Shown: one piece after another, positions 30,500-40,524 of the stretch
Layout: every line of letters starts with the position of its first letter
Position numbering within the stretch: the stretch's first letter is position 1
Sequence record: NC_054914.1
Length of the DNA stretch: 64,000 nucleotides
Strand: one strand, 5' to 3'
From: Escherichia phage vB_EcoM-fFiEco06
Program-made: the position numbers and the translations under genes
The notes under the pieces: model-generated
Told to the model about the DNA's origin: nothing
Databases searched by the model: none
What the model saw: the letters and a program-made list of their open reading frames with translations, nothing else

Positions 30500-31186
30500 T
30501 TAAAAATCATGGGTAGAATCAGCTTCAAGAGCTACTACATAATTCGCATGTTCACCTTCAAATTTAGCAGCGCCTTGTTTACCTTTTGCCCAAAGCAGAA
30601 GTTTATAATTTCCTGGTTGCATTTTCATATTTGCCATATTGATAATGAAATTAAATGTGTTTTCACCATCATAATCACCAAGAGTCAAAGAATATTTAAC
30701 ACGAGTCAAAGCAGAATCTTCTACTTTATTAAAACCGTTAATTACGATTTTACCTTCTTTTACTGTGATAGCAATTGTATCAATCTGCAGACCGCGAGAT
30801 ACACGCAACAACTGTTGAAGGTCTTCAGCTTTAATTTCGGTAACAACAGATGCTACCGGGAATGGAATTGGTTTATTAGGAGCAACTACTGTACTCGGAT
30901 CGGCTGCTGGCCAAAAAATTGTTGAACGGGCATCAGCAATTTTAATATTTCCATCTTCTGACTGGGAAATTTCTGCATCATCATTAACTAGCGACAGAAT
31001 ACCGAGAAAACCGTTCAAATCGTAAATTGCTACATCAAAATCAATAACGTCAGAAATATTTGCTTCCGCGTAAGTTGTACCATTAACTGCGCGAGTCATA
31101 ATAAATTGACCGGATTTAAGCATAATGCCAGAGTTAATAGTAGCGAAATTTTTAAGCAGAGCAGTAGTATCTTTAGACAGTTTCAT
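30500..31186 (-). CDS. 45: sliding clamp
   Basis: 228 aa; recalled as T4 gp45. Confidence 0.9.
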   Translation of the reverse strand: MKLSKDTTALLKNFATINSGIMLKSGQFIMTRAVNGTTYAEANISDVIDFDVAIYDLNGFLGILSLVNDDAEISQSEDGNIKIADARSTIFWPAADPSTVVAPNKPIPFPVASVVTEIKAEDLQQLLRVSRGLQIDTIAITVKEGKIVINGFNKVEDSALTRVKYSLTLGDYDGENTFNFIINMANMKMQPGNYKLLLWAKGKQGAAKFEGEHANYVVALEADSTHDF

Positions 31187-31241
31187 GTAATTTCCTTCAA
31201 TTCAAATGAGATTTAATTTTATAACTAATTTAATAAAGCAA

Positions 31242-31631
31242 TTAACGATTAAAATCAGCCGCAATTGTTTCCGCAACAATTTGAGCAGCAACAATTAGAC
31301 GTTCATCTGCATTACCGCAATAATCATCTTCAAGACGTTCACCACATGAAGTCATAATAAATTTAGCACCGGCGTTTAGGGATTCTGTAGTATGTTTGCG
31401 CATTAGTTCAATCCATTTATTACTTACTTCACGATCGATAGCTTCATAATACGCATGACGAGCAGGTGCAGATTTAATTTTGTTCTGAATAACTTCCATT
31501 GCGTTATCAGAAAGAGACAAAACCCATGCTCGACGAATTTTATTTTGGTTTTGTGGATTTGATTCAGAACGCACGTGTTTTGGCTGAATATCTTTTACAT
31601 CAACAGTATAATTCACAGTAATTTTAGTCAT
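31242..31631 (-). CDS. rpbA: RpbA-like RNA polymerase-binding protein
   Basis: 129 aa; symbol by size and position next to gene 45. Confidence 0.55.
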
Positions 31632-31640
31632 AATACACCT

Positions 31641-31832
31641 TTAGTCATAATAATCAGTAACAGTCCAAGCTTCATTTCTATTGGACATTATTTTTGTATA
31701 TTCTGCTTTAAATGCATTCCTAAGCATAGATTCAGTAACTATATGCTCTTCATTAGAAAAATTATTTCTCAGAATATATCGTTTTATTTCAGGAATAGTT
31801 AATAGATGCTGTCCAGTTGAATATTCTGCCAC
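31641..31832 (-). CDS. hypothetical protein
   Basis: 63 aa ORF. Confidence 0.5.
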   Translation of the reverse strand: MAEYSTGQHLLTIPEIKRYILRNNFSNEEHIVTESMLRNAFKAEYTKIMSNRNEAWTVTDYYD

Positions 31833-31842
31833 AATTCCTCCG

Positions 31843-31850
31843 TATAAATA
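31843..31850 (+). promoter_or_regulatory. late promoter TATAAATA (plus strand) upstream of HNH endonuclease
   Basis: exact TATAAATA 34 nt upstream of ATG, followed by AAGGA Shine-Dalgarno. Confidence 0.6.
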
Positions 31851-31883
31851 TGTTTATCACTCGCTGTATCAAAAGGATATGTT

Positions 31884-32600
31884 ATGAATTATAAACTAAT
31901 TTATGAAAAGTTAATCTCTAATGCTAAATCTCGAAAACTTGATTGCTATACTGAATCTCATCACATTATACCACGCTGTTTAAATGGCAGCGATGATGCT
32001 TCAAACTTAGTAGATTTAACACCAGAAGAGCACTATGTAGCTCATCAACTTTTAGTAAAAATTTATCCTTCTGAACCAAAATTAGTCTATGCTGCTAACA
32101 TGATGACAGTTTCCACGAAATACGCTAAACGCAACAATAAAACTTTCGGTTGGATTCGTCGTAAACTCTGGGAAATAGAAAAGAACAAAGAATTCTCCCA
32201 GGAGACACGAAAGAAAATGTCTGATGCAGTAGCTAATAAAGCAAGACTAACTTGTCCTCATTGCGGTAAGTCTGGATTAAGCGGGAATATGAATCGTTGG
32301 CATTTTGATAACTGTCCAAATCACCCTAATCCTAAAGTTAGACCACCAATGTCTAAAGAACACAGAAATAATATCTCAAACGGGCTTAAAGCAATCGTTC
32401 TTGAAGAAACATCCTGCGAATTCTGCGGAATGATAGGCAAGAAATGCGTTATCGCAGCGCATAGAAATTTCTGCAAGAAAAATCCAAATGGACGCAAGAA
32501 AACTGAAAAGACTGGTACTTGCGTCCATTGTGGTAAAGTTACCACTTTCGGAAATTTATCAAGATGGCATAATGATAACTGTAAATATAAACCTAGCTAA
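31884..32600 (+). CDS. HNH homing endonuclease with three C-terminal zinc-finger-like repeats
   Basis: 238 aa; HNH motif ESHHIIPRCLNGSDDASNLVDLTPEEHYVAH; three CxxC...H..C repeats; only long plus-strand gene, convergent with gene 46. Confidence 0.8.
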   Translation: MNYKLIYEKLISNAKSRKLDCYTESHHIIPRCLNGSDDASNLVDLTPEEHYVAHQLLVKIYPSEPKLVYAANMMTVSTKYAKRNNKTFGWIRRKLWEIEKNKEFSQETRKKMSDAVANKARLTCPHCGKSGLSGNMNRWHFDNCPNHPNPKVRPPMSKEHRNNISNGLKAIVLEETSCEFCGMIGKKCVIAAHRNFCKKNPNGRKKTEKTGTCVHCGKVTTFGNLSRWHNDNCKYKPS

Positions 32601-34281
32601 TCTTAGCTAAACTAAATCTACCAACTTTTTCCATTTGAATATGCTGACCATATTCTTGTGGGTCATGGTCTTTATGCGAAATTATGAAGAAGTTGGTATC
32701 CTTCAAACCATCTAAAATTTTAGCTACATTTTTAATACCTTCAGCATCAAATGCACCGTCATACACTTCATCAAGAAATAAACAACTTATTTTAACACCT
32801 GAAACTTTTTCAGCAATATCACGCCAAGTAAATAAAAGAGCAATATCAATTCGTGCTTTTTCACCTTGACTGAATGAAGCATAACTAAAATCTTCGCGAC
32901 CACGGGATTTAATTGTCTCATTAAATTCTTCATCTAATGTAAACACATAATCCGCTTCCATTATTTTAAGATAATGGTTAATCTGCTTATTAAATAATGG
33001 AATGTACTTTTTAATAATAGCACCTTTAATACCAGAATCTTTGAGCATATCAGTCAAAATTCCTCGGTGGTATTTTTCCATTACTAAATTAGTTTTTGTC
33101 TTAACAATTTTATCAAGTTCTTCTTGAAGCAGTGCTATTTCATCAGCATGGTCAATAAACTCAGAAGATGCTTTTTCTATAGCCGCTTTAACCTTTTTAG
33201 CTTTATCTACTGCTGCGATCAGAGATTGCTTTTTATTGCGAATATCATTTGCTAACGACTGTTGGGTTTTAATATTATCTCGGTATTCATCAACAAGAAC
33301 TTTTAAATTATCACGATGTGTTGAAAGCTGTTCAAACGAATGCGTACATTCAGAAACTTTATCTTTAATTTTAGAAACAACTTTATCACCGGAACTCAAT
33401 TGTGACAAACAGGTTGGACATAATCCACCTTCGTGATACATATTAATGACTTTATTATACGAGTCAATTTTTGATTTAATTAAAACTGCTTCTTGACCGA
33501 TTTTATTAAATGCATCAGTCGGGTCTTCATCTAAAACAATATTAACTAATCTTTCATTAGCTTCTTCTATTTCCGATTTTAGCGTTCTAGCTTCTTTTGC
33601 CAAATCATCATACATATTTTGCAGACGAGTAAGATTGTCACCCGTTAATTTTTTCTGGCGTTCAACGTTATCATTATATATTTTAATTTGTTGGATAATA
33701 CTATCTTTTTTAACGTCAAGCACTTGGTTTTGTGAATTTAATTCACGTATTAGTGCTTTATTAAGCTTATCCATTTCAGCTAATGTTCCTACCTCAAGCA
33801 GGTCTTCCACAAGCTTTCTTCGCGCAGGGGTCGACAAACCCATGAAAGGGGTATACCCTGCTGTACCAAGGACAACAATCTGCTTGAAACTGGCATATGA
33901 CATTCCGATAAGCTGTTCAAATTCTGCTTGGAAATCTTTACTGCTGGCAGATTCATTAAGACGTGTACCGTTAACGGTGATTTCAAAAACGTTCGGTTTT
34001 TGTCCTCTTTTGATATAGTACTTTTTCTCATCATATTCCATCCACAGTTCAACTAAAAGTTCTTTCTTATTTGTGCTGTTTATTAATTGACCTTTCTTTA
34101 CATCACGAAATGGCTTGCCAAAAAGCCCAAATGTGATGGCTTCTAGCATAGTAGACTTACCACCGCCATTTCGTCCAGTAATAAGAGTTTTTTGAACCTT
34201 ATCTAATTGAATGTCAATAGGATTTCCACCTACTGACATTATATTTTGATACCTAACTCGGTTTAGTTTAAAATTCTTCAC
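32593..34281 (-). CDS. 46: recombination endonuclease subunit (Rad50/SbcC-like)
   Basis: 562 aa; Walker A GRNGGGKST; recalled as T4 gp46; track start codon GTG. Confidence 0.9.
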   Translation of the reverse strand: MKNFKLNRVRYQNIMSVGGNPIDIQLDKVQKTLITGRNGGGKSTMLEAITFGLFGKPFRDVKKGQLINSTNKKELLVELWMEYDEKKYYIKRGQKPNVFEITVNGTRLNESASSKDFQAEFEQLIGMSYASFKQIVVLGTAGYTPFMGLSTPARRKLVEDLLEVGTLAEMDKLNKALIRELNSQNQVLDVKKDSIIQQIKIYNDNVERQKKLTGDNLTRLQNMYDDLAKEARTLKSEIEEANERLVNIVLDEDPTDAFNKIGQEAVLIKSKIDSYNKVINMYHEGGLCPTCLSQLSSGDKVVSKIKDKVSECTHSFEQLSTHRDNLKVLVDEYRDNIKTQQSLANDIRNKKQSLIAAVDKAKKVKAAIEKASSEFIDHADEIALLQEELDKIVKTKTNLVMEKYHRGILTDMLKDSGIKGAIIKKYIPLFNKQINHYLKIMEADYVFTLDEEFNETIKSRGREDFSYASFSQGEKARIDIALLFTWRDIAEKVSGVKISCLFLDEVYDGAFDAEGIKNVAKILDGLKDTNFFIISHKDHDPQEYGQHIQMEKVGRFSLAKIS

Positions 34282-34541
34282 AAAAGATTCCTTTTAATGT
34301 ATCTTTTAGACCATTCTATCATATCATCATAATCTAAAAAGTATTCATCAAATTCAGCCATGCAAACAACGCCTTGTGCTGTTTTTGATGTAATATAAAT
34401 TATTCCAACATATCTAGAATCTTCTTCGGTGTAATCAATATTTGCTATGAATTCATCATTAATGTCAAATGTCGAAAACTTCACAGTATGCATCCTTAAT
34501 ACAAGATACGGCCATATCTCGTAATGATTTAGGTGTGTCAT
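34278..34541 (-). CDS. hypothetical protein
   Basis: 87 aa ORF; start uncertain (overlaps next ORF). Confidence 0.5.
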   Translation of the reverse strand: MTHLNHYEIWPYLVLRMHTVKFSTFDINDEFIANIDYTEEDSRYVGIIYITSKTAQGVVCMAEFDEYFLDYDDMIEWSKRYIKRNLL

Positions 34542-34728
34542 TATCTAAAATGTTGAAGTTAAAGGATACAGCCCAGTCAGTGCAGACCGTAACCTTTTTA
34601 ATACAATTATCTTCAACCTCTAGCGGTTCAAACCAATATTCAATAATTTCTTTATGCCCAATATCATCTTTTACTTCGCATTCAAAATGCTGACTCATCA
34701 TAACATTTTTAAATTCATCAAAAGTCAT
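34465..34728 (-). CDS. hypothetical protein
   Basis: 87 aa ORF; ATGA overlap with gene 47. Confidence 0.5.
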   Translation of the reverse strand: MTFDEFKNVMMSQHFECEVKDDIGHKEIIEYWFEPLEVEDNCIKKVTVCTDWAVSFNFNILDNDTPKSLRDMAVSCIKDAYCEVFDI

Positions 34729-35744
34729 TGTGTTGCCTCTACATATAGCTGATTTGCATATTGAATAAGTGCTTCACGGTCAGAATCAGTGATGTCTGGA
34801 ATTGCATTAATATACTCTTCCATTAATGTCTGAAGCGATTGGACTTCAACTTCTTCACTGTCATCTGACTCGACAGAGTTATCAATCTTTGACACAACTC
34901 GTAATGAATGCACAACTTTCTCTAGTTCAGATTCAAACTTCGTCAGATTTTTGTCTACTTCAGTTACTATAACACGTACTGATAGATTTGTAAAATCTTT
35001 ATAGTCAATTTTTCCTTTAAATGGATAATGAATTCTACGATGCCAGGTAGTATTGTTTGGAATAAATTCCATTCGTTCTGTTTCTGTATCAAACATCCAG
35101 AACCCGCGAGGGTCATTCTCGTCACCTGCAGTTAGTGTCCATGGTGTCCCAATATATCTGACGTTAGCAGCCTCAGAGATAGTATGGAAGTGACCAGACC
35201 ACACTTCTTTATAAGTCTTAAGGAAATCAGGTTCAAGACCATGAGATTTCATTCCTTTATAAAAATAAAATCCATTCAGTTCCCAGTGACCAACACAAAA
35301 AGAAGCAGATGAAGTTTTGATGTGTTCAAGAATTTCACCAGTATTTTCTTCACACATCCAAGGAATTAAATCAATCAAACATCCGTCAAAATCTACTGTA
35401 GTAGGCTTATCATACACTTTAACATTAGGATATTTAGCCAAAAGCTCAGTAGAGGCATTTGGATGCATTACATTTTTATAGTGGAGATCGTGATTTCCTA
35501 CAATAGTGTGTAATGTAATTCCAGCATCATCAAGCGTTTGAACTATTTCACGGGCAAACTCCATAGTTTTATGTGTGATCGCTTTTCGCACATCAAAAAT
35601 ATCACCGTATTGAATCCAGGTAGTAATTCCATTTTTCTTAGAATATTCTATTGCTTGTTTAATTCCATCAATTTGAATACCGCGAATCCACTCATCATCA
35701 GCTTTAACGCCTAAATGCCAATCACCTAAATTTAAAATTTTCAT
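34725..35744 (-). CDS. 47: recombination endonuclease subunit (Mre11/SbcD-like)
   Basis: 339 aa; phosphoesterase motifs DWHLG, GDIFD, GNHD; recalled as T4 gp47. Confidence 0.9.
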   Translation of the reverse strand: MKILNLGDWHLGVKADDEWIRGIQIDGIKQAIEYSKKNGITTWIQYGDIFDVRKAITHKTMEFAREIVQTLDDAGITLHTIVGNHDLHYKNVMHPNASTELLAKYPNVKVYDKPTTVDFDGCLIDLIPWMCEENTGEILEHIKTSSASFCVGHWELNGFYFYKGMKSHGLEPDFLKTYKEVWSGHFHTISEAANVRYIGTPWTLTAGDENDPRGFWMFDTETERMEFIPNNTTWHRRIHYPFKGKIDYKDFTNLSVRVIVTEVDKNLTKFESELEKVVHSLRVVSKIDNSVESDDSEEVEVQSLQTLMEEYINAIPDITDSDREALIQYANQLYVEATQ

Positions 35745-35881
35745 ATATCAAGAACCGTCATTGAAATGCAAAATAAAATTATTGAAATAAACCCATCTGG
35801 TGTGCTAAAGAAACCAATCCAGCATGCTCTAGTGAATAGATAAAATGCAAGAAAAAGTATCACATATCCAAAAAATATCAT
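35741..35881 (-). CDS. small hydrophobic protein
   Basis: 46 aa ORF not in track; stop overlaps gene 47 start. Confidence 0.4.
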   Translation of the reverse strand: MIFFGYVILFLAFYLFTRACWIGFFSTPDGFISIILFCISMTVLDI

Positions 35882-35905
35882 TATATCAAACTCCGTATAA
35901 AGCTA

Positions 35906-35923
35906 AAGGGCCGAAGCCCTTTA
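35906..35923 (-). terminator. C(UUCG)G hairpin at end of a-gt
   Basis: RNA AAAGGGC-UUCG-GCCCUUU overlapping the a-gt stop codon. Confidence 0.5.
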
Positions 35924-37123
35924 TTTTGTAATAATGTCAAACTGTTCTTTAAAGCAGAAGCTTGAATCTTGATGCTGATACAAAAATTCATATGCTTTTT
36001 CTCGCTCACGGTCATAAAGAGCTCGGTCAGATGACAGTTCTTTAATACGTTCAAACGTTGATTCCATATCATTTTCATCAAACCAAATGATACCGCTATC
36101 ATGCGAGGTCAAAGGAGTATTATCAACACGGAATTTTAAATTTTCGCCAGTAGATTTCCAAAATACCGGAATTGTTCCACATGCACCAAGCTCGAGATGA
36201 GTATATTCTAAAGAACGTTGCAGATATTTTTTATCCAACTTACTCAACTGATAACCAAATCCGGATTTACTCATGCGTTCAAGCATTTCGCTATTTACAT
36301 AACGGTCAAGAATTTGCGTTGGCAAATTAGGAGCAATTTTAATTTGGTCTACTTGATGAAGACGATAATACTCGTATGGAATTCCTTTTTCTTTAATAGG
36401 AATGAACGCTGGAGAACGTTCCAGACCTTCCATAATAGTACTTAGTCCTGCAGGTTTAAGATGTTTTTCATGAAAATCAAACATCTGATAAAAACCTTTC
36501 CATGTAGTCGTACGACCAATCCAACGGTTGATATTCATGTTAATTTCAGAAACATCTTTCCAGTAGGTTGACCGAACCTTCGCAATATCCATAGGAGGCT
36601 GAAAGTTATATACTGTCGGTGCTTCTTCAATATCATCAAACAGAGAAACAGTTTCTGGATACCATTCTTTCATCAGAACTTTATTAAAATCACCATTATC
36701 AGAATGACTAAAAATAACATCAGCTCGACGAACAGTTTCTTCTAATCCCAAATTTCGACGCAAAGAAAGAGAAGAATGGTCATGTTGATAAACTACAACA
36801 CGAACAGAAGGTTTAATGTTATCAATAATTTTTTTATAGTTATTAATAGTGTCTTCTTCAACCGAAGTAGCAGGAACTGAATTGATAATTAGAATATCAC
36901 AATCATTTACCAGCTTAAGTGTTTTATCATATTCTTTTGCCAATAAAACCGGAATTGAAAATGATTTATAATCATGCGCGCAATTACGAGTAAATGATTT
37001 ATCTTTAGCATAAACCAAAGTTACTTCATGACCATTTTTAATAAACCAATCACGTTGCTCGAGTGAGAATTTTGTTACACCACAACCTTCAAGACCTCGA
37101 GCCATAAAAATACATACTTTCAT
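35921..37123 (-). CDS. a-gt: alpha-glucosyltransferase
   Basis: 400 aa; size and position after gene 47 match T4 alpha-gt. Confidence 0.8.
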   Translation of the reverse strand: MKVCIFMARGLEGCGVTKFSLEQRDWFIKNGHEVTLVYAKDKSFTRNCAHDYKSFSIPVLLAKEYDKTLKLVNDCDILIINSVPATSVEEDTINNYKKIIDNIKPSVRVVVYQHDHSSLSLRRNLGLEETVRRADVIFSHSDNGDFNKVLMKEWYPETVSLFDDIEEAPTVYNFQPPMDIAKVRSTYWKDVSEINMNINRWIGRTTTWKGFYQMFDFHEKHLKPAGLSTIMEGLERSPAFIPIKEKGIPYEYYRLHQVDQIKIAPNLPTQILDRYVNSEMLERMSKSGFGYQLSKLDKKYLQRSLEYTHLELGACGTIPVFWKSTGENLKFRVDNTPLTSHDSGIIWFDENDMESTFERIKELSSDRALYDREREKAYEFLYQHQDSSFCFKEQFDIITK

Positions 37124-37173
37124 TTAATATCCTCTTTGTTTTGGTTTATTTTACCAAAAATTTATAAAGCAAT

Positions 37174-37193
37174 ATAGGAGCCGAAGCTCCTAT
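37174..37193 (-). other. C(UUCG)G hairpin upstream of a-gt
   Basis: RNA AUAGGAGC-UUCG-GCUCCUAU. Confidence 0.45.
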
Positions 37194-37381
37194 CCACATA
37201 ATACGCCATACAGAGGCTCGTTAGAACTTTTAAATTTTATGCGCTTATATTTTATAGTTCCTTCTGCTTTAGCTTTATCATGAGACTCTTTAAAGCGTCT
37301 CATCATTTCCTCTTGAGAGGAACGAATTTTATTATAATCTATTTCAGAAGTCTGGTGTTCATCTTTCATAACTGCCACCAT
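37190..37381 (-). CDS. hypothetical protein
   Basis: 63 aa ORF. Confidence 0.45.
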   Translation of the reverse strand: MVAVMKDEHQTSEIDYNKIRSSQEEMMRRFKESHDKAKAEGTIKYKRIKFKSSNEPLYGVLCG

Positions 37382-37572
37382 TTTTTGACTTGATAAGAAT
37401 CAACCCACACTTTCATATTGGGGTCTGCTCTTACAATAGGAGGATTAACTTCTTTAATTGAACTATCATGGTATTCTTTTTCAGAAATTTTCACACAAAG
37501 ATGACCATTCAAAGATTCAGTAAATCCTGCATTAATTTTAAGACGCTTGAATTTTACGTGTGTAAGCATCAA
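37366..37572 (-). CDS. hypothetical protein
   Basis: 68 aa ORF. Confidence 0.45.
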   Translation of the reverse strand: MMLTHVKFKRLKINAGFTESLNGHLCVKISEKEYHDSSIKEVNPPIVRADPNMKVWVDSYQVKKWWQL

Positions 37573-37855
37573 TCATATCCTCAATCTGCGATCTAGTAGT
37601 CTTCCAAAGAATACTGATGAGTTCATCGTTATATGGCTGTTTCAGAATATCCCGACTTTTCTTGATAGCATATTCGTATTGAGCAAAATTATTGTTTTCA
37701 GCTGCGATCTGAGCGTGCTTATAAAGACGATTCAGTTCGCGTTTGTTTTTAGACAATAACTTATTTGCTTTTCTTTCTGCTTCAAGACGGTTCTTTTCTT
37801 CAATAGAAGAAATAAGCTTTTCCACTTCATCATTAATTTCGGGTTTATCAGTCAT
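37538..37855 (-). CDS. hypothetical protein
   Basis: 105 aa ORF. Confidence 0.5.
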   Translation of the reverse strand: MTDKPEINDEVEKLISSIEEKNRLEAERKANKLLSKNKRELNRLYKHAQIAAENNNFAQYEYAIKKSRDILKQPYNDELISILWKTTRSQIEDMIDAYTRKIQAS

Positions 37856-37856
37856 A

Positions 37857-38075
37857 TTATTTCTCTAATATAAAATAAAAATCATCATCTGTTAAATGAT
37901 ACCTGTAATTTAATTCTACACCATTAGATTTAAAAGCGGTATCATACGGATTTTCTGGATCAATATCAATGTCAAGAGCTAAAACTTCCCTGAGATACAT
38001 TTTAAGTAAATAGGGAATAGCTTCAACTTCAGGTATTTCTTCCAAGAATCCGGAGAGGTTAATCGTTAGCCTCAT
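37857..38075 (-). CDS. hypothetical protein
   Basis: 72 aa ORF. Confidence 0.5.
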
Positions 38076-38616
38076 ATAAAAAATCCAAACTAGGAGAATC
38101 GTCTACAACACTTTTCTTTTCAGCCCCCGGTGTTCTATAGGTCGATTCTTCGTAATGCGTCATTTTATCGTAGATGTCTTGAATAAAAGTTTCATCTACT
38201 AACGCAACCATATCGTCGTCACGGCTGTCATAGACATTGTGAACGAAGTAACTGTATTTCTTTGCAACTTCCTTACGTTCTTTTTTAATACGTTGGACGA
38301 ATGCATTAAAACAAGCTTGAGTTATATATGCATGCGGGTTTTTATATTTCGTTTCATCAAAATTGTGAAGCCCCTTAATAGAAGCTTCTATACCATCTGC
38401 AATCATTTCTTGTTTCCAAGACTGGGTGTATCCTGAAAAGTTGAAACGTTTAGATAAGCCTTCTGCAATAAGCATAATGGCTAATCCGATAGTATCATTC
38501 TGACGAACTACTTTATTTGGGTCTTTATTATTTGCTAATTCTGTTTTCCAATCAATAATAGCTTGTAAAAGCTCTTTATTGTTTACGTAATTATATTTAG
38601 GCTTAGTTTCTGACAT
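38059..38616 (-). CDS. 55: late-transcription sigma factor gp55
   Basis: ATG at 38616 gives 185 aa ([11 protein letters not shown]), track start 38622 is GTG; recalled as T4 gp55. Confidence 0.9.
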
Positions 38617-38637
38617 TTTCACCTCTTAGCTCAATTC

Positions 38638-38672
38638 ATAGATCTATTATATCATAATATTTGAAGATCTAT
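38638..38672. repeat. nested palindrome upstream of gene 55
   Basis: atagatct ... agatctat arms with inner tattat/ataata arms. Confidence 0.6.
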
Positions 38673-38694
38673 CTTAAAGCATAGAGGATATCAG

Positions 38695-38964
38695 TTATCT
38701 AAGTAAACAGTATGCTTGGAACACTTTTTCCATCATCTTTTTAAATTCATGAATATCTATGTAATGACTAGTTAAATCAGCATGATATAAAAAGTCTAAA
38801 AACTTTTCATGTGTACTAACATATTCACTTTCATTTAATTCAGAAACATGGCTTTCCCAATATCCAACACCAGTCTTATTTGGGAAAAATGAAATTTTCA
38901 TGTATTTGTCAACATAGAAAATGCCATAATTTTCAATAGTAATAGAAATATTAATAAATTTCAT
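38695..38964 (-). CDS. hypothetical protein
   Basis: 89 aa ORF. Confidence 0.5.
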   Translation of the reverse strand: MKFINISITIENYGIFYVDKYMKISFFPNKTGVGYWESHVSELNESEYVSTHEKFLDFLYHADLTSHYIDIHEFKKMMEKVFQAYCLLR

Positions 38965-39176
38965 ACATTCATCAACTTAGCCGCTTCAAGAGCTGCATCT
39001 AGTGAATCAAATTGATCAACATATTCAATCAATTCGCCGTAATTAGCATATAACCACCATTGGCTAAATTCATACTCAAGGATGAATCCGTTTCCTTCAA
39101 TTTGAGTTAAACCAATGCCATTTGTATTTACTTCATACCCAGCAAGACGTAAATCGTTAATAAGAGCTTCGTTCAT
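38961..39176 (-). CDS. hypothetical protein
   Basis: 71 aa ORF. Confidence 0.5.
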   Translation of the reverse strand: MNEALINDLRLAGYEVNTNGIGLTQIEGNGFILEYEFSQWWLYANYGELIEYVDQFDSLDAALEAAKLMNV

Positions 39177-39178
39177 AA

Positions 39179-39505
39179 TTATACCTTAGTAATTTTCAGG
39201 TCTACAAATTTTTTCTTGCGTTGATTTTTCATGCGACGAATAGTTTTATCGGAAATTTCATGCTTTTGATAAGCTTTAGATTCTACACCAAAAGCTTTAA
39301 CATCAAATTCTGACAAGATATATTGAACCAACAATTCACGGACAGTATTGCGTCCAATCTTCTGATCATTCTGTTTCATCGTCTGATGAAGCTCTTTTTC
39401 CCATTTATCCAAAATTTGAGGAGTTACAATATCGCCTTTTTCTAGCAAAGAAACTACTTTATCATATGCGTAAGAATTAATGACGTTTTTAATTTGAATA
39501 GTCAT
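39179..39505 (-). CDS. hypothetical protein
   Basis: 108 aa basic ORF. Confidence 0.55.
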   Translation of the reverse strand: MTIQIKNVINSYAYDKVVSLLEKGDIVTPQILDKWEKELHQTMKQNDQKIGRNTVRELLVQYILSEFDVKAFGVESKAYQKHEISDKTIRRMKNQRKKKFVDLKITKV

Positions 39506-39543
39506 ACATTATCCTCAATTACGTTAAAATTTTATTATCCAAA

Positions 39544-39559
39544 AAGGGCCGAAGCCCTT
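39544..39559 (-). terminator. C(UUCG)G hairpin with U-run
   Basis: RNA AAGGGC-UUCG-GCCCUU then UUUUGGAUAAUAAAAUUUU. Confidence 0.6.
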
Positions 39560-39758
39560 AGCTAAACTTTTTGGCACCCTTCCAGCCTTCGTACATCATT
39601 GCGACTGACAATGACAAAGCTCCTTCACATGCTGCATACTTATTATTCCAGAACCAATTTAGAAAAACTTCATCCTCAATACCATTGTGTTTCATGTTCT
39701 GGAAAAATTTGGCGCGTTCTTCAGCAATTCGCTGCGATAATTTAGATTCAGGATTCAT
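39558..39758 (-). CDS. hypothetical protein
   Basis: 66 aa ORF. Confidence 0.5.
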   Translation of the reverse strand: MNPESKLSQRIAEERAKFFQNMKHNGIEDEVFLNWFWNNKYAACEGALSLSVAMMYEGWKGAKKFS

Positions 39759-39974
39759 TTAAATTTCCCAATTGCCATTTTCATCAATAAATTTAATCCA
39801 GTCATTTACTGACCACTTAGTTGTATCGCCTTTTGGAGTAACATTTAAAGTATATAACCCCTGCTTAAAAAGCATTCGTTTGATATTCATATTTTCCTCA
39901 GCTATAACGATAACACTCGTTTGATTTACGTTTAGCAACTCGTTGAGAAGTATTATAATCAAAATCATCGTCAA
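39759..39974 (-). CDS. hypothetical protein
   Basis: 71 aa ORF. Confidence 0.5.
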   Translation of the reverse strand: MTMILIIILLNELLNVNQTSVIVIAEENMNIKRMLFKQGLYTLNVTPKGDTTKWSVNDWIKFIDENGNWEI

Positions 39975-40191
39975 TGTAAACTGATTTTTTCAACTTTCTT
40001 ACTTCACCGCGTAATTGACGATTTAACTCATCTTTAACTTCTGAATCAATACCTTTCATTCTACGCCATTTATCTGAGCGAAAAATGTTTTCAACCATAT
40101 CTTTATGACTTACACCATCAGGAGCTTTACGCTTTCCGAAATAGTCATAATCACGAACTTTCAAGTCTTTACGACGATACGTTTTACCCAT
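39898..40191 (-). CDS. hypothetical basic protein
   Basis: ATG at 40191 sits beside upstream stop; track start 40230. Confidence 0.45.
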   Translation of the reverse strand: MGKTYRRKDLKVRDYDYFGKRKAPDGVSHKDMVENIFRSDKWRRMKGIDSEVKDELNRQLRGEVRKLKKSVYIDDDFDYNTSQRVAKRKSNECYRYS

Positions 40192-40366
40192 GGAGTTTAA
40201 TTTCCTTAGCAACTGAACTAAATGCAGCACGATCGCAAATCATGCGTTTATGTAACTTGAGTATAATATAGCAAACTTCAAAACTATTTACATGAGTAAC
40301 ACGAACAGCATTACCATTAATGAGATAATACTGTCCCTTTTTAATTTCTTTATCAACCATAACCAT
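40184..40366 (-). CDS. hypothetical protein
   Basis: 60 aa ORF downstream of an early promoter. Confidence 0.5.
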   Translation of the reverse strand: MVMVDKEIKKGQYYLINGNAVRVTHVNSFEVCYIILKLHKRMICDRAAFSSVAKEIKLHG

Positions 40367-40396
40367 ATCAATTCCTCAAAGGCAATTCATATGTTA

Positions 40397-40426
40397 ATAA
40401 TACCACAGTTTGAGCTCGTTGTAAAC
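40397..40426 (-). promoter_or_regulatory. early promoter
   Basis: GTTTAC-N18-TATTAT. Confidence 0.55.
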
Positions 40427-40524
40427 AACTTTGTGAAAATTATTTTAGGGAATGATAAGAAGGGAACGATAGCTTAGAATGGTAATATACAGAATGTGAG
40501 AAAGAAGGACCCAGAGGGCCCGTC

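Noticed and set aside
35881-36102. 73-aa minus-strand ORF overlapping the 3' end of a-gt
   Set aside because: Out of frame inside a-gt and spanning the terminator hairpin; the 46-aa ORF at 35741..35881 explains the gap better.
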